64,000 nt of DNA from Candidatus Micrarchaeia archaeon (GTDB taxonomy: Archaea; Micrarchaeota; Micrarchaeia; Micrarchaeales; Micrarchaeaceae). The stretch lies in the NCBI GenBank assembly GCA_049964795.1, contig JBMFWY010000001.1, positions 1 to 64,000 of the forward strand. Direction: 5' to 3'. The position numbers and the translations under genes were made by a program. The notes beneath the pieces are model-generated. The model saw only the letters and a program-made list of their open reading frames with translations. It searched no databases and had not been told where the DNA came from. Shown in pieces: positions 9,100-18,505 of this stretch (position 1 is the first letter of the stretch; every line of letters begins with the position of its first letter).

Positions 9100-9651
9100 A
9101 TGCCTGGAAAAACAAATGCTGCGAAAAAAAAGCTCGAATGGTATGAGGATATTTCTGGAAAGGGTAAAAAACTTAGGAAAGTAACCCTTATGTATTTGAT
9201 AAAAGAGAGGGAAAAGAAAGTGCTTCTAGCAATGAAAAAAAGGGGATTTGGAGCAGGAAGGCTAAACGGCGTCGGCGGCAAGCAAGAGAAACAGGAGAGC
9301 ATAGAGGAAACGGCATGCAGGGAGGCGAAGGAGGAGATAGGTATTACACCACTAAAGTATGAGAAAGCAGGTGCCATAAGATTTTATTTCGATGGACCGC
9401 AGAGCGATGAATTTAACCAAGAGGTAACGGTTTTTGTAGCGAAAAAATGGAGAGGCGAACCAAAAGAAAGCGAGGAAATGAAGCCCAAATGGTTCAAGAT
9501 GGATAGATTACCATATGACAAAATGTGGCAGGATGACAAGTATTGGCTTGAAAAAGTGCTTAACGGAAAAAAGATTGACGCGGCATTCCTTTTCGGAGGG
9601 AAGGATTACAAGGAAATAATAGATTTAAGGATGAGTTTCCTAGACAAATAG
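9100..9651 (+). CDS. NUDIX hydrolase, MTH1/MutT-like 8-oxo-dGTP diphosphatase
   Basis: KKRGFGAG..NG.GGK...REAKEEIG Nudix box, ESEEMKP.WF, MWQDD.YW. Confidence 0.9.
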   Translation: MPGKTNAAKKKLEWYEDISGKGKKLRKVTLMYLIKEREKKVLLAMKKRGFGAGRLNGVGGKQEKQESIEETACREAKEEIGITPLKYEKAGAIRFYFDGPQSDEFNQEVTVFVAKKWRGEPKESEEMKPKWFKMDRLPYDKMWQDDKYWLEKVLNGKKIDAAFLFGGKDYKEIIDLRMSFLDK

Positions 9652-9676
9652 CAAAAAGCAAAAATAAGCGATATTC

Positions 9677-10096
9677 ATGGCAAGATTTATGGCATGGCAT
9701 GTGGATTACTTCAAGGCTACACCAAGCGAGCAGGGTAGGTCTACGCTCGTTGAAGAAGGAAACATAATTGATGTTGGAGAGGCTTTGCTTATTTTTATAA
9801 GCTTTGAAAAGTCTGACGAGGCCAGCGAATCCAGGATACTTGATAGGGCGTACAACGAGATATCTGCCCTTGCGAATCAGCTCAAAATTAAAACGATAGT
9901 CCTTAATCCATTTGCACATCTTTTCGGAGATCTTGCCGATCCGCAAGTTGCTTCAAGGATGACCAGCGAACTTTACGATATGCTTAAAAACAAAGGCAGT
10001 TTCGACACGCATAAGATGTCTTTTGGAAGGTTTTATGAGATAGAGCTAAAAGCCAAAGGGCACAGACTTTCAAGGGTTTCGAGAAGCATAACATGA
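9677..10096 (+). CDS. Free-standing archaeal ThrRS editing domain (DTD-like fold)
   Basis: WHVDYF, PFAHL, FG....ELKAKGH.LS..SR motifs; 139 aa, no catalytic or anticodon-binding domain. Confidence 0.85.
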   Translation: MARFMAWHVDYFKATPSEQGRSTLVEEGNIIDVGEALLIFISFEKSDEASESRILDRAYNEISALANQLKIKTIVLNPFAHLFGDLADPQVASRMTSELYDMLKNKGSFDTHKMSFGRFYEIELKAKGHRLSRVSRSIT

Positions 10097-10135
10097 TTGC
10101 GCACCACTGCCCGTTTAAATAGAAGTGTAGGTATT

Positions 10136-10747
10136 ATGATTGCAAAGATATATTCAGGCTTGAGGGTTTATTTGAGTACTCTTTCGGTAGAGGATGCAGA
10201 TGATATTGCAGAAAATGCAAACGACAAAGAGATAGCTTACAGATTAGGTGCACGCGAATTTCCTTCGCCTTATGAAAGATCCCACGCCTTGAATTTTATA
10301 GAGGCGGCGACTCAAAAGATGTTACTAAAAGAAGAAGCTCATTTCGGAATACATCTTGCAGAAGGAGGCAAACTTATTGGCGTTGAAGGGTATAACACGC
10401 TGGACTTTGCCAATAGGAAAGGGGAAATAGGCTATTGGATTGGGAGAAAGTATTGGGGCAATGGGTACGGAAAGGAAGCGGCAAGTCTTCTAATCAGATT
10501 TGGATTTGAAATTTTGAAGCTGCACAGGATAGAGGCAAAGGTGTTTGATTTCAACAGCACTTCGAAGGCGCTGCTCAAATCGCTTGGCTTTTCGCTTGAA
10601 AGCACGATGCAAGAATCATACTTTGACGGCAGCAAATACTTAAATGAGAATCTCTTTGTGGCTCTGGAAAAAGATTACAAAATAAGCTTAAACCTAAGGA
10701 TTGAGGGAGAACTGCCCTTGTTAAGCAAAGAGGATAGCATGCGCTAG
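10136..10747 (+). CDS. GNAT N-acetyltransferase, RimJ/RimL family
   Basis: GEIGYWIG..YWGNGYGKEA, N..S..LL..LGF. Confidence 0.9.
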   Translation: MIAKIYSGLRVYLSTLSVEDADDIAENANDKEIAYRLGAREFPSPYERSHALNFIEAATQKMLLKEEAHFGIHLAEGGKLIGVEGYNTLDFANRKGEIGYWIGRKYWGNGYGKEAASLLIRFGFEILKLHRIEAKVFDFNSTSKALLKSLGFSLESTMQESYFDGSKYLNENLFVALEKDYKISLNLRIEGELPLLSKEDSMR

Positions 10748-11292
10748 CCCTTGCCCATCTTTGAATAGAGCGAAATGAGCGCATTAAGCAACTCTTGCAA
10801 ACCTTTTCTGGACATTTCATCAATAAGCCTTCCCGCCTTGTCAAATTTTTGATCTGCAAAAGGTATCGCTATTTGAGGTCTGTTGACTGCCTGCACATTG
10901 AGGTATACGAAAATCTGCCTGAGATGGTACTGGGCCCTTATTCCACCAAAAGCGCCGGTGCTTGCACTTACTATTGCGGCAACCTTTCCATCAAAAACGT
11001 TATCGCCTGGCGGCCGAGAAGCCCAGTCTATTGCATTTTTCAGTACTCCTGATATGGAATGGTTGTACTCCGGAGAGGCAAAAAGTATGGCGTCTGCCTT
11101 CCTTACCGCATCTTTGAAATCGAGCACCTCTTTGGGCATGTTTTGCTCCAAGTCTTGATTGAACAAAGGCAGCTGGCCTAAGTCAAAAGTGTATAATGAG
11201 TTATTGCCAGGCAAGAGCTCTTTTGCTGCTTTTAGCAGCTGAGTGTGAAAAGAATTTGCCCTAAGGCTGCCGCTAATTCCCAATATTTGCAT
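10744..11292 (-). CDS. NAD(P)H-dependent FMN reductase (ChrR-like)
   Basis: GSLRANS, SPEYNHSISGVLKNAIDWASR, GGIRAQ. Confidence 0.92.
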   Translation of the reverse strand: MQILGISGSLRANSFHTQLLKAAKELLPGNNSLYTFDLGQLPLFNQDLEQNMPKEVLDFKDAVRKADAILFASPEYNHSISGVLKNAIDWASRPPGDNVFDGKVAAIVSASTGAFGGIRAQYHLRQIFVYLNVQAVNRPQIAIPFADQKFDKAGRLIDEMSRKGLQELLNALISLYSKMGKG

Positions 11293-11385
11293 TTATACAC
11301 CATATGTATTCTGCGCATAAAGATTAATAAATTACAAATTGGTATATTTGAAGAAGGCTACAGTTTTGCCTAAGTGCCTTGCGAG

Positions 11386-12363
11386 ATGAGCAATATGGAG
11401 ATAGAGGCCAAAAGGAAGCTTAATGCATATGTAGGGCTGTTTGCAGGATTCCTAGCCGTGCTAAGCTCGATTTATTACATAGAACAAATATCCTACTACT
11501 TAGGCGAATACATGGGAGTAATAACCGTGATAAGAAATTACAATATAAATACTACCTCTTCTTCGTTGCTTACGCTTGTTGCCGCAGGCAGCACCCTTCG
11601 GCTAGGGGCATATATAGCATACATGCTGTTTGTATTTGCGATAATATTGTTTGGGGTAGGGATTGTTTGGACCATAAAAAGGCAGTTTCCAAAGATAGAA
11701 CGCGCCGTGGAAGCAATAGCTGCGCTTTCTTTCCTGCTTATAACGTTCATATTGGAATTCAATTTTTCTTTTGGAGGATTCATTTCCGAATATTATACGT
11801 ATTATGTCAGTTCCGCGGCTGCGCTTTTCTCTGTGCTTTATCCGCTGGCATGGGAAACAAAGGCAAGGGCGCCGAGGAAGATGCAGCCGATAGAGATAAA
11901 CCCTGCTACGCCTTATACAAACATGATGATGCTGTCTAACAGACTTATGAAAAAGCTGTCCGGAGACATATGCATACTGGATCCGCACTTCGATTCGCAG
12001 GCGGTAGACAACCTTTCCAGAATGGTTATAGGGAATGAAAGCAGGTACAGAAGCTTCAGGATACTCGCAAACGGCGAAAGGTTCGGAAGAGAGTTCTGGC
12101 GCACATACCTTGATTTCAAATCGGAATTGTCATCCAAAGGTATCGACCTTGAGATAAGAATCCTGCAAAGCGAGGATGCAATAACCCAGCATGAAAGATT
12201 GATCATAGACGATTTTTCAGCATACAAGATACCCCCGCTAAATATAATAAACAAAAAGAGTGAACATATTGTGGGCGTAGGCAGGGAAGAGGTGTATAGA
12301 AGGTTTGAGGAATTGTGGTCGAGAGCTACCAAATATGAAAACCTAAAGAGCAATTCAAGCTGA
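11386..12363 (+). CDS. Four-TM membrane protein with C-terminal PLD-like (MITD1-C-like) domain
   Basis: N-terminal hydrophobic helices; ICILDPHF...RILAN...EL.SKGIDLEIRIL...HERLIID pattern. Confidence 0.6.
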   Translation: MSNMEIEAKRKLNAYVGLFAGFLAVLSSIYYIEQISYYLGEYMGVITVIRNYNINTTSSSLLTLVAAGSTLRLGAYIAYMLFVFAIILFGVGIVWTIKRQFPKIERAVEAIAALSFLLITFILEFNFSFGGFISEYYTYYVSSAAALFSVLYPLAWETKARAPRKMQPIEINPATPYTNMMMLSNRLMKKLSGDICILDPHFDSQAVDNLSRMVIGNESRYRSFRILANGERFGREFWRTYLDFKSELSSKGIDLEIRILQSEDAITQHERLIIDDFSAYKIPPLNIINKKSEHIVGVGREEVYRRFEELWSRATKYENLKSNSS

Positions 12364-12490
12364 TGGCACAAGCGTAAAAGACAAAAATGAAATATAAATA
12401 GGCAGAAAAAATCAAGGATTGCGATAAGGGTAAACACAAATTTTGCTAATCTTTAAAATAGTATCCCGCTAACAGAATAATTGTGGGTGG

Positions 12491-12955
12491 ATGTACACAG
12501 ATACGCGATCACTTTTGGTCAACGACATAATGAGCTCGCCGGTGGTAACTGCGCGGGAGGATGAAAGCGTTAAAAGCGTAGCTGCGAAAATGAAAGCGCA
12601 TAACATAGGAGGTGTTGTTGTAGTTGACAAGGAAGGCTTGCCAATAGGAATGATAACAGAAAGGGACATTGTAAGGAAATTGCTTGCTGGTACGAAACGC
12701 ACCCTGTTTTTTGCAAAGGCAGAGCACATAATGAGCAAACCATTGCTTACCATAACAAAGGATAGGAAGCTGGAAGAAGCGGCAAAATATATGGCAGACA
12801 GTAAAGTGAAGAGATTGTGCGTGGTAGACGAGAACAGGAAGCTGATAGGTATAATAACAGAAAGTGACATAACCAGAAATGCCAGCTACCTTATAGATGT
12901 GCTGAATGAAATGATAAGCACAGGCTATACAGAAGAGAGGAACAAGGAAGAGTAG
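12491..12955 (+). CDS. CBS domain pair protein
   Basis: Two IMS.P..T...VVD...IG.ITE.DI repeats. Confidence 0.92.
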   Translation: MYTDTRSLLVNDIMSSPVVTAREDESVKSVAAKMKAHNIGGVVVVDKEGLPIGMITERDIVRKLLAGTKRTLFFAKAEHIMSKPLLTITKDRKLEEAAKYMADSKVKRLCVVDENRKLIGIITESDITRNASYLIDVLNEMISTGYTEERNKEE

Positions 12956-13059
12956 CAGCTTGTTGAGAAGCTGCAAAATTCACATACCAAAGGTATTTAG
13001 CAGTTAGGCGAGCATTATCTTTACTTTTGGCGTTTTTCAGCGCCGGAGGATGTGAAGAC

Positions 13060-13701
13060 ATGCTATTTAACGTATTGCTGTTAAGCCTGAATATATCATA
13101 TTACTACAGCAACATTTACGCTATAATTACAGGATTTTTCCATGCCTATGGGTATGCTGCTGTTTTCTTCCTCATGCTCTTAGAAAGCGCCACGATACCC
13201 GTGCCAAGCGAAATTGTGATGCCGCTTGCGGGACTCTTCGCGGCAAAACATATATTCAGCTTCTACCCTGCGCTCATATCTTCCATAATAGGAAGTGGGG
13301 TTGGGATTGCAATAGATTACTATATAGGTTATTTCATAGGAAAGGATTTGGTGTATAAGCACCTTAAATTCTTCCGCATAAAGCAGTCGCAGCTTGACTC
13401 TTTCGACAAATGGTTTGAGAGGAATGGAGTTGCCGCGGTATTCATAACAAGGCTAGTCCCTGTCATAAGGACTGTGATGAGTTTCCCTGCAGGATTTGCA
13501 AAAATGAATCCAAAGGAGTTTTTTGCTTATTCGCTTTCAGGAGCTGCTATATGGAACACTGTGCTGATGGTGTTTGGATTTTATGCACTTTCAGGAACAA
13601 GCGCGGAGCAAATTCTTTCCGCTATTGGAATATTTGTGCTGGTGCTTTATGCAATCTATGCGCTTGCCTTAAGGCACCTCAATAGAAGAGGCGCGCACTA
13701 A
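13060..13701 (+). CDS. DedA family membrane protein
   Basis: LES..IPVPSE.VMP.AG, F.R.G..AVF.TRLVPVIR..MSFPAG. Confidence 0.92.
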   Translation: MLFNVLLLSLNISYYYSNIYAIITGFFHAYGYAAVFFLMLLESATIPVPSEIVMPLAGLFAAKHIFSFYPALISSIIGSGVGIAIDYYIGYFIGKDLVYKHLKFFRIKQSQLDSFDKWFERNGVAAVFITRLVPVIRTVMSFPAGFAKMNPKEFFAYSLSGAAIWNTVLMVFGFYALSGTSAEQILSAIGIFVLVLYAIYALALRHLNRRGAH

Positions 13702-13766
13702 ACCTATTTATTATTTCCTTGGGCAAAAACTGCTGTGATGAATAAGGTGATCACCGAGCAATTGCT

Positions 13767-14708
13767 ATGACGAATGGTAGACGGGCTGATTTGTTGGACT
13801 TTGATCACGGTGTTGAAACGAATATGGAAAAAAATAGCAATGTAATGGAAAAACTCCACAAGAGTGTCATAAGAGCAACGGACATTGCGGCGCAGTTCTG
13901 GTGTGAAAAGCAGATGGAGCTGGGCTATATGTACGGCAGGAAGGAGAACCCTGAGATGCGCAGTGGCAGAGAGGCGCACAAGGAGATAGAGACCATAGTG
14001 AACATACCGCTCAAGCTCAAGCCCGAGAGCTATGCGGATTCATTTTACAAAAATCTTTACGCTGGCTATCTTGCCTTCTCAACGCTAAAGGAAAGGGGAA
14101 TTGCAAGGGAGATAAGCATATACGGCTCAATAAACGGGTTCAAAATTGCTGGTAAACTTGATGAGATAAGGCTAGAAGAAGGGAAGATTGCAGTTTATGA
14201 AGATAAAACTAAAGGCAGCGACAAAGAACCTACTGCGGCACAAATATCATCGCATGCGGTTCAAGTGCAGCTTTATGTAAAAATGCTAAAGGACATAAAG
14301 AGCGGCGCGTATTCGCTTGAAAATTTTGCGAGGAGTTACTATATAGAAAATTTGAAGGTAACTCCAAACTTCACAAAGCAGCTTGAAGACGCAAAAATAA
14401 GCATGCGATATTATACGATAATGGAAGCGGCAAAAATGTACTTTGGGGAAATACTTAAAGCCCCAGAAATAAGTGATATTGCACACCTGCGCTATACATT
14501 TACCCCCACAGGAAAGGTAATAAAAATATCGGATGTAAAATATGAGGAGCAGGAGTTTTCCAAGAAGATTGGCTATGCTTTTGAATATTGGAGGGGAGAG
14601 AGAGAAGCAAAGCCAGTAGAGGAAAGCGAGAAATGGAAATGCAACTACTGCCAATTTTTTGGCAAACAATGCAAGGTCTGGTATACAGAAAAGCAGAAGG
14701 TGCTTTAA
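13767..14708 (+). CDS. Exonuclease V (Exo5)-like PD-(D/E)XK nuclease with Fe-S cluster cysteines
   Basis: RATDIAAQFWCEKQ, G..DE....EDKT, QVQLY and C-terminal CNYC-x6-C. Confidence 0.8.
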   Translation: MTNGRRADLLDFDHGVETNMEKNSNVMEKLHKSVIRATDIAAQFWCEKQMELGYMYGRKENPEMRSGREAHKEIETIVNIPLKLKPESYADSFYKNLYAGYLAFSTLKERGIAREISIYGSINGFKIAGKLDEIRLEEGKIAVYEDKTKGSDKEPTAAQISSHAVQVQLYVKMLKDIKSGAYSLENFARSYYIENLKVTPNFTKQLEDAKISMRYYTIMEAAKMYFGEILKAPEISDIAHLRYTFTPTGKVIKISDVKYEEQEFSKKIGYAFEYWRGEREAKPVEESEKWKCNYCQFFGKQCKVWYTEKQKVL

Positions 14709-14709
14709 G

Positions 14710-17394
14710 ATGCTGAGCAAGGAAGACTTAAGGAAGGATTTTTCAAAAAATTATAAGGAGTATTATAGCACGAAGCTGTTTGAAAGCGAAGGCTTTGAAA
14801 GAAAGCAGTGCAGCATTTGCGGAAAATATTTCTGGACTACGGACCACGATAGAAATTTGTGCGGAGACCCTTCGCATGAGCCTTATGCATTCATAAAAGA
14901 TAGGCCTACAAAGGAGAGCTACTCCGGTTTTTGGAAGAAGTTCGCAGAATTCTTCAAGGAAAATGGACATGAGATAATAGAGAGTTATCCTGTAGTCAGC
15001 AGGTGGAGACCTGACTTGTATTTTGTCATTGCGGGCATACAGGATTTCCAGAGGCTAGAAAATGGAAGGATAAGTTTTGAATACAGTGCGAATCCGCTCC
15101 TTGTCCCGCAAATGTGCATGAGGTTTAGCGACGTCCCTAATGTAGGGGTAAGCGGAAGGCATTTCACTTCTTTCATGATGGCAAACCAGACCGCTTTCAA
15201 CTATCCGAAGGAAGGCTATTGGAGGGATACCACTATAGACCTCAACTTCAAGGCGCTCACATCTCTTCTTGGCATAAAGAAGAAAGACATAACATACGTT
15301 GAAGATGTTTGGGCCATGGGGGATTTTTCCGAATTTGGACCTTGCCTGGAAAGCTTCTCAGGAGGCCTTGAAATAGTAAACAGCGTTTTCACACAGTTTG
15401 AGTATTCGCATGGAAAAATAAACGAGCTTGATGGGAAGGTAGTAGATGTAGGGTGGGGCTTTGAAAGGCTGCTTTGGTTTAAGACAGGGGAACAAACCGC
15501 TTATGATGCTGTTTTCCCGAAAGAGCTTGAATATATTTATTCTAGCACGGGATTTAAGCCTGACAGAAAGCTCTATGCAAAGATAGCAGGAGCTGCGAGC
15601 GCGATAGATGTAGCTGAAGAGCACAGAAGCGACGAAGAGGAAAAACTTGCAAGAAAGCTGGGGATATCCGAGGAGGAATACCTCGAGGTAATAAAGCCCA
15701 TGCAAGCAATATATGCTGTGCCAGACCACATGCGCAGCCTGCTCTTTGGAGTTAGTGGCGGCGCCCTTCCGAGCAACGTGGGAGGAGGCTATAACCTGCG
15801 CGTACTGCTCAGAAGGGTATTTGACTTTATGGCAAGATACAGCCTGGACATAGACCTAATGAGGATAATAGACATAGAGGTGAAAGAGCTTAATCCAATA
15901 TACAAAAACATAGGAGAAGGGCTTGAGGAAATCAAAGATATAATAGACATAGAGAAAAAGAGGTATGAGGAGACCAAGCGTTCAGCTAAGAGGATTGTTA
16001 CGGATATGATAGCGAAAAAGGAACAGCCTACTGCTGAAAAGCTCAAGCTTCTTTACCAAAGCAACGGGATAACGCCCGATTTCATAAGCGCAGTTGCGAA
16101 AGAGAAAGGAGTAGACATTAAGATTTCAGAAGATGCTTACTCTGGTATAATGGTAGGCGATTTCGTAGGAGGGAGGAAGAAAAAAGAGGAAGAAATAGGT
16201 ATAGAATTGGAAGGCATAAAGCCTACTAAAAAGCTGTATTACGAGTTTGCGGACAGCTCTATTTCAACTGTTCTGAAAAGCGAGGGCAACATGGTTGTAA
16301 TAGACCAAAGCCCCTTTTATCCTGAGGGTGGAGGCCAAGAAGCAGACCATGGCACCATAAGCGGGGAAAAAGTAGTGGATGTAAAAAGCGCCAATGGTGT
16401 AATAGTACATTTTCTAGAAAAAAAGCACGCTTTCAAGAAAGGAGAGAAAGTGGAATGCAAAGTGGACATGGAGCGCAGGCTTAGGCTTATGGCGCACCAT
16501 ACTGCCACGCATCTTATAAGCGCTGCGGCAAGAAAAGTGTTGGGGCAGCATGCATGGCAGGAGGGCGCGAAGAAAAGCGAGGATAAGGCGCATATAGACA
16601 TAGCGCATTACGAGAGGCTTACCGATAAGCAGCTGGAAGCCATAGAAGATACAGCTAACGACTACATAGTGAAAGGAATAAAGGTAAGCATGAAAGAGAT
16701 GGATAGGAAAAGCGCCGAGACTAAATTCGGCTTTTCAATATATCAAGGGCATGGAGTTCCCGCAAGCACACTCAGAATTGTAGAGATAGATGATACTAAA
16801 GGAAGGCTGATTGACGCGGAAGCGTGTGGGGGGCTCCATCTTGCGGGCATGGAATCCAATATAGGGCTGATAAAGATAATTTCATCCTACAGGATTCATG
16901 ATGGGATAGACAGGATAGAATTCGTTGCGGGCAAGGCGGCGGTTGATTACATAAAAGGCATGGAAGCGCAGATAAAGAAGATTGCAAGTATAGCTGGAGT
17001 AGAGCAAGCCAACATAGGCAAGGGAATAGAGGACAGAATCGCCGAACTGCGCGAGATAAAGGAAAAATACGAGGCGCTGGAGCAGGAGATGGCAGGCGTG
17101 CTTGCAGAACAAATAGCCAAAGGCAGGCATGACAATGGGGTTGTAATTGCAAAATTCGATTATGACAGGAAAATGCTGAGGCGCATAGCCACTGAAGCGA
17201 TAGAAAGAGACCACAAGCTTTCAGTGATTCTTTACAATAATTCATTAGATGCAGTTGCGATTTCAGGCCCGGCTTCTGGAAAGAACGCGGCGGAGCTTCT
17301 AAAGTCCAATGCGGGTAATATAGCAGGCAAGGATGCAGTGCTTAAAGGCGGCGGCTCAGAAAGAATAGCTGAAGGCAGGATAGAAGCAAAATAG
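14710..17394 (+). CDS. alaS: Alanine--tRNA ligase (archaeal type)
   Basis: N-terminal CxxC, GRHFTSFMM, DVGWGFER, HHTATH/CGGLH editing motifs, GGGS C-Ala end. Confidence 0.96.
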   Translation: MLSKEDLRKDFSKNYKEYYSTKLFESEGFERKQCSICGKYFWTTDHDRNLCGDPSHEPYAFIKDRPTKESYSGFWKKFAEFFKENGHEIIESYPVVSRWRPDLYFVIAGIQDFQRLENGRISFEYSANPLLVPQMCMRFSDVPNVGVSGRHFTSFMMANQTAFNYPKEGYWRDTTIDLNFKALTSLLGIKKKDITYVEDVWAMGDFSEFGPCLESFSGGLEIVNSVFTQFEYSHGKINELDGKVVDVGWGFERLLWFKTGEQTAYDAVFPKELEYIYSSTGFKPDRKLYAKIAGAASAIDVAEEHRSDEEEKLARKLGISEEEYLEVIKPMQAIYAVPDHMRSLLFGVSGGALPSNVGGGYNLRVLLRRVFDFMARYSLDIDLMRIIDIEVKELNPIYKNIGEGLEEIKDIIDIEKKRYEETKRSAKRIVTDMIAKKEQPTAEKLKLLYQSNGITPDFISAVAKEKGVDIKISEDAYSGIMVGDFVGGRKKKEEEIGIELEGIKPTKKLYYEFADSSISTVLKSEGNMVVIDQSPFYPEGGGQEADHGTISGEKVVDVKSANGVIVHFLEKKHAFKKGEKVECKVDMERRLRLMAHHTATHLISAAARKVLGQHAWQEGAKKSEDKAHIDIAHYERLTDKQLEAIEDTANDYIVKGIKVSMKEMDRKSAETKFGFSIYQGHGVPASTLRIVEIDDTKGRLIDAEACGGLHLAGMESNIGLIKIISSYRIHDGIDRIEFVAGKAAVDYIKGMEAQIKKIASIAGVEQANIGKGIEDRIAELREIKEKYEALEQEMAGVLAEQIAKGRHDNGVVIAKFDYDRKMLRRIATEAIERDHKLSVILYNNSLDAVAISGPASGKNAAELLKSNAGNIAGKDAVLKGGGSERIAEGRIEAK

Positions 17395-17910
17395 GTGTTG
17401 GATATGCCTCTTGCTTATTATGTATACAATATCGTTGCCTACCCTGTCATATACATATTGCCTGCATATGTTGCAAACGGCGCTCCTGTGATTTTTGGGG
17501 GAGGCAAGCCATTGGACATGGGGAAAAAGCTTGGAGGGCTAAGATTGTTTGGCGACAACAAAACTATAAGGGGCACTGCGGCGGCATTGCTATCAGGAAT
17601 AGCTGTTGGAGTTATAGAATTTCCATTTTTCAAGTATATGCTTGCGATATCTATTCTGCTTTCCGCAGGCACGGTATTCGGAGACCTTCTTGGAAGCTTT
17701 CTCAAAAGGAGAATAGGTCTAAAGCCAGGAGCACCTTTTCCAGTTATGGACCAGTACGGTTTCTTCATCTTTGCAATGCTTTTCGCCGCACCGCTAGGAA
17801 ATTATCCCTCTTTATATGGAATTCTGCTGCTTGTAGCCTTAACTGGAATTCTTCATGTACTTACCAATAAAGGCGCGCACAAGCTTCACCTTAAAAAAGT
17901 GCCTTGGTAA
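17395..17910 (+). CDS. carS: CDP-archaeol synthase (DUF46)
   Basis: PAYVANGAPV.FGGGKPLD.G, GDNKT.RG, GDLLGSFLKRR.G, P.MDQ, KKVPW end. Confidence 0.93.
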   Translation: MLDMPLAYYVYNIVAYPVIYILPAYVANGAPVIFGGGKPLDMGKKLGGLRLFGDNKTIRGTAAALLSGIAVGVIEFPFFKYMLAISILLSAGTVFGDLLGSFLKRRIGLKPGAPFPVMDQYGFFIFAMLFAAPLGNYPSLYGILLLVALTGILHVLTNKGAHKLHLKKVPW

Positions 17911-18004
17911 GTATTGCATTTTAGGGTCTTTTGGGAAAAACTAGGGGCAATTCTATAAAGGGTAGAAATAAAAATTTTCTCAAATCAACCAGTATAGGTG
18001 TAGA

Positions 18005-18481
18005 ATGTCGAATCTGTTTCCTGCGGAGGCAGGCATAACGCAGATGAGAGGCGTGCTCAAACTTGTCAAAGACAATGGAGACAGCATGGGCATTGCCGAG
18101 CTTGCAGATGAAGCAGAAGAAGAGATAGATGACCTTTTCCCAATACTGGATGCATGCAAAATACTGGGGCTTGCGAAAGTCGAAGACGGGAAAGTGAAGC
18201 TCACGGAAGACGGCAAAAAACTAAACCTCAAGAACATGCAGAAGATAATAAAAGGGCCGCTATGCGAGGCCGAGCCGTTTAAGACTGTGCTTATGGCTGC
18301 AAAAATAGAAGGAAGCGTAACAACAGAGAAGCTTGCCGATATACTAAAAGAGAACAATCTCGCATTCTACAGCGACAAGCTTAAATATATGGAGCAGCTG
18401 AGGAAGCTGCTCGTAAAATGGGCAGTGAGGCTAAAAATTCTTGTATATGACCAGGAAAATGATAGCTGGAGAGCAGTATAA
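18005..18481 (+). CDS. Stand-alone AAA-associated (NitT ABC ATPase C-terminal-like) winged-helix protein
   Basis: LADE....IDDLFPILDAC.ILG.A....G...LTE.G and W.......YD pattern typical of the C-terminal domain fused to NitT-type ATPases. Confidence 0.75.
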   Translation: MSNLFPAEAGITQMRGVLKLVKDNGDSMGIAELADEAEEEIDDLFPILDACKILGLAKVEDGKVKLTEDGKKLNLKNMQKIIKGPLCEAEPFKTVLMAAKIEGSVTTEKLADILKENNLAFYSDKLKYMEQLRKLLVKWAVRLKILVYDQENDSWRAV

Positions 18482-18505
18482 TACTCATTCGCATTTTGCA
18501 GCTAT

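Noticed and set aside
13767-14708. Possible CRISPR-associated Cas4
   Set aside because: No repeat-spacer array or other cas gene seen in the window; motifs fit Exo5 better
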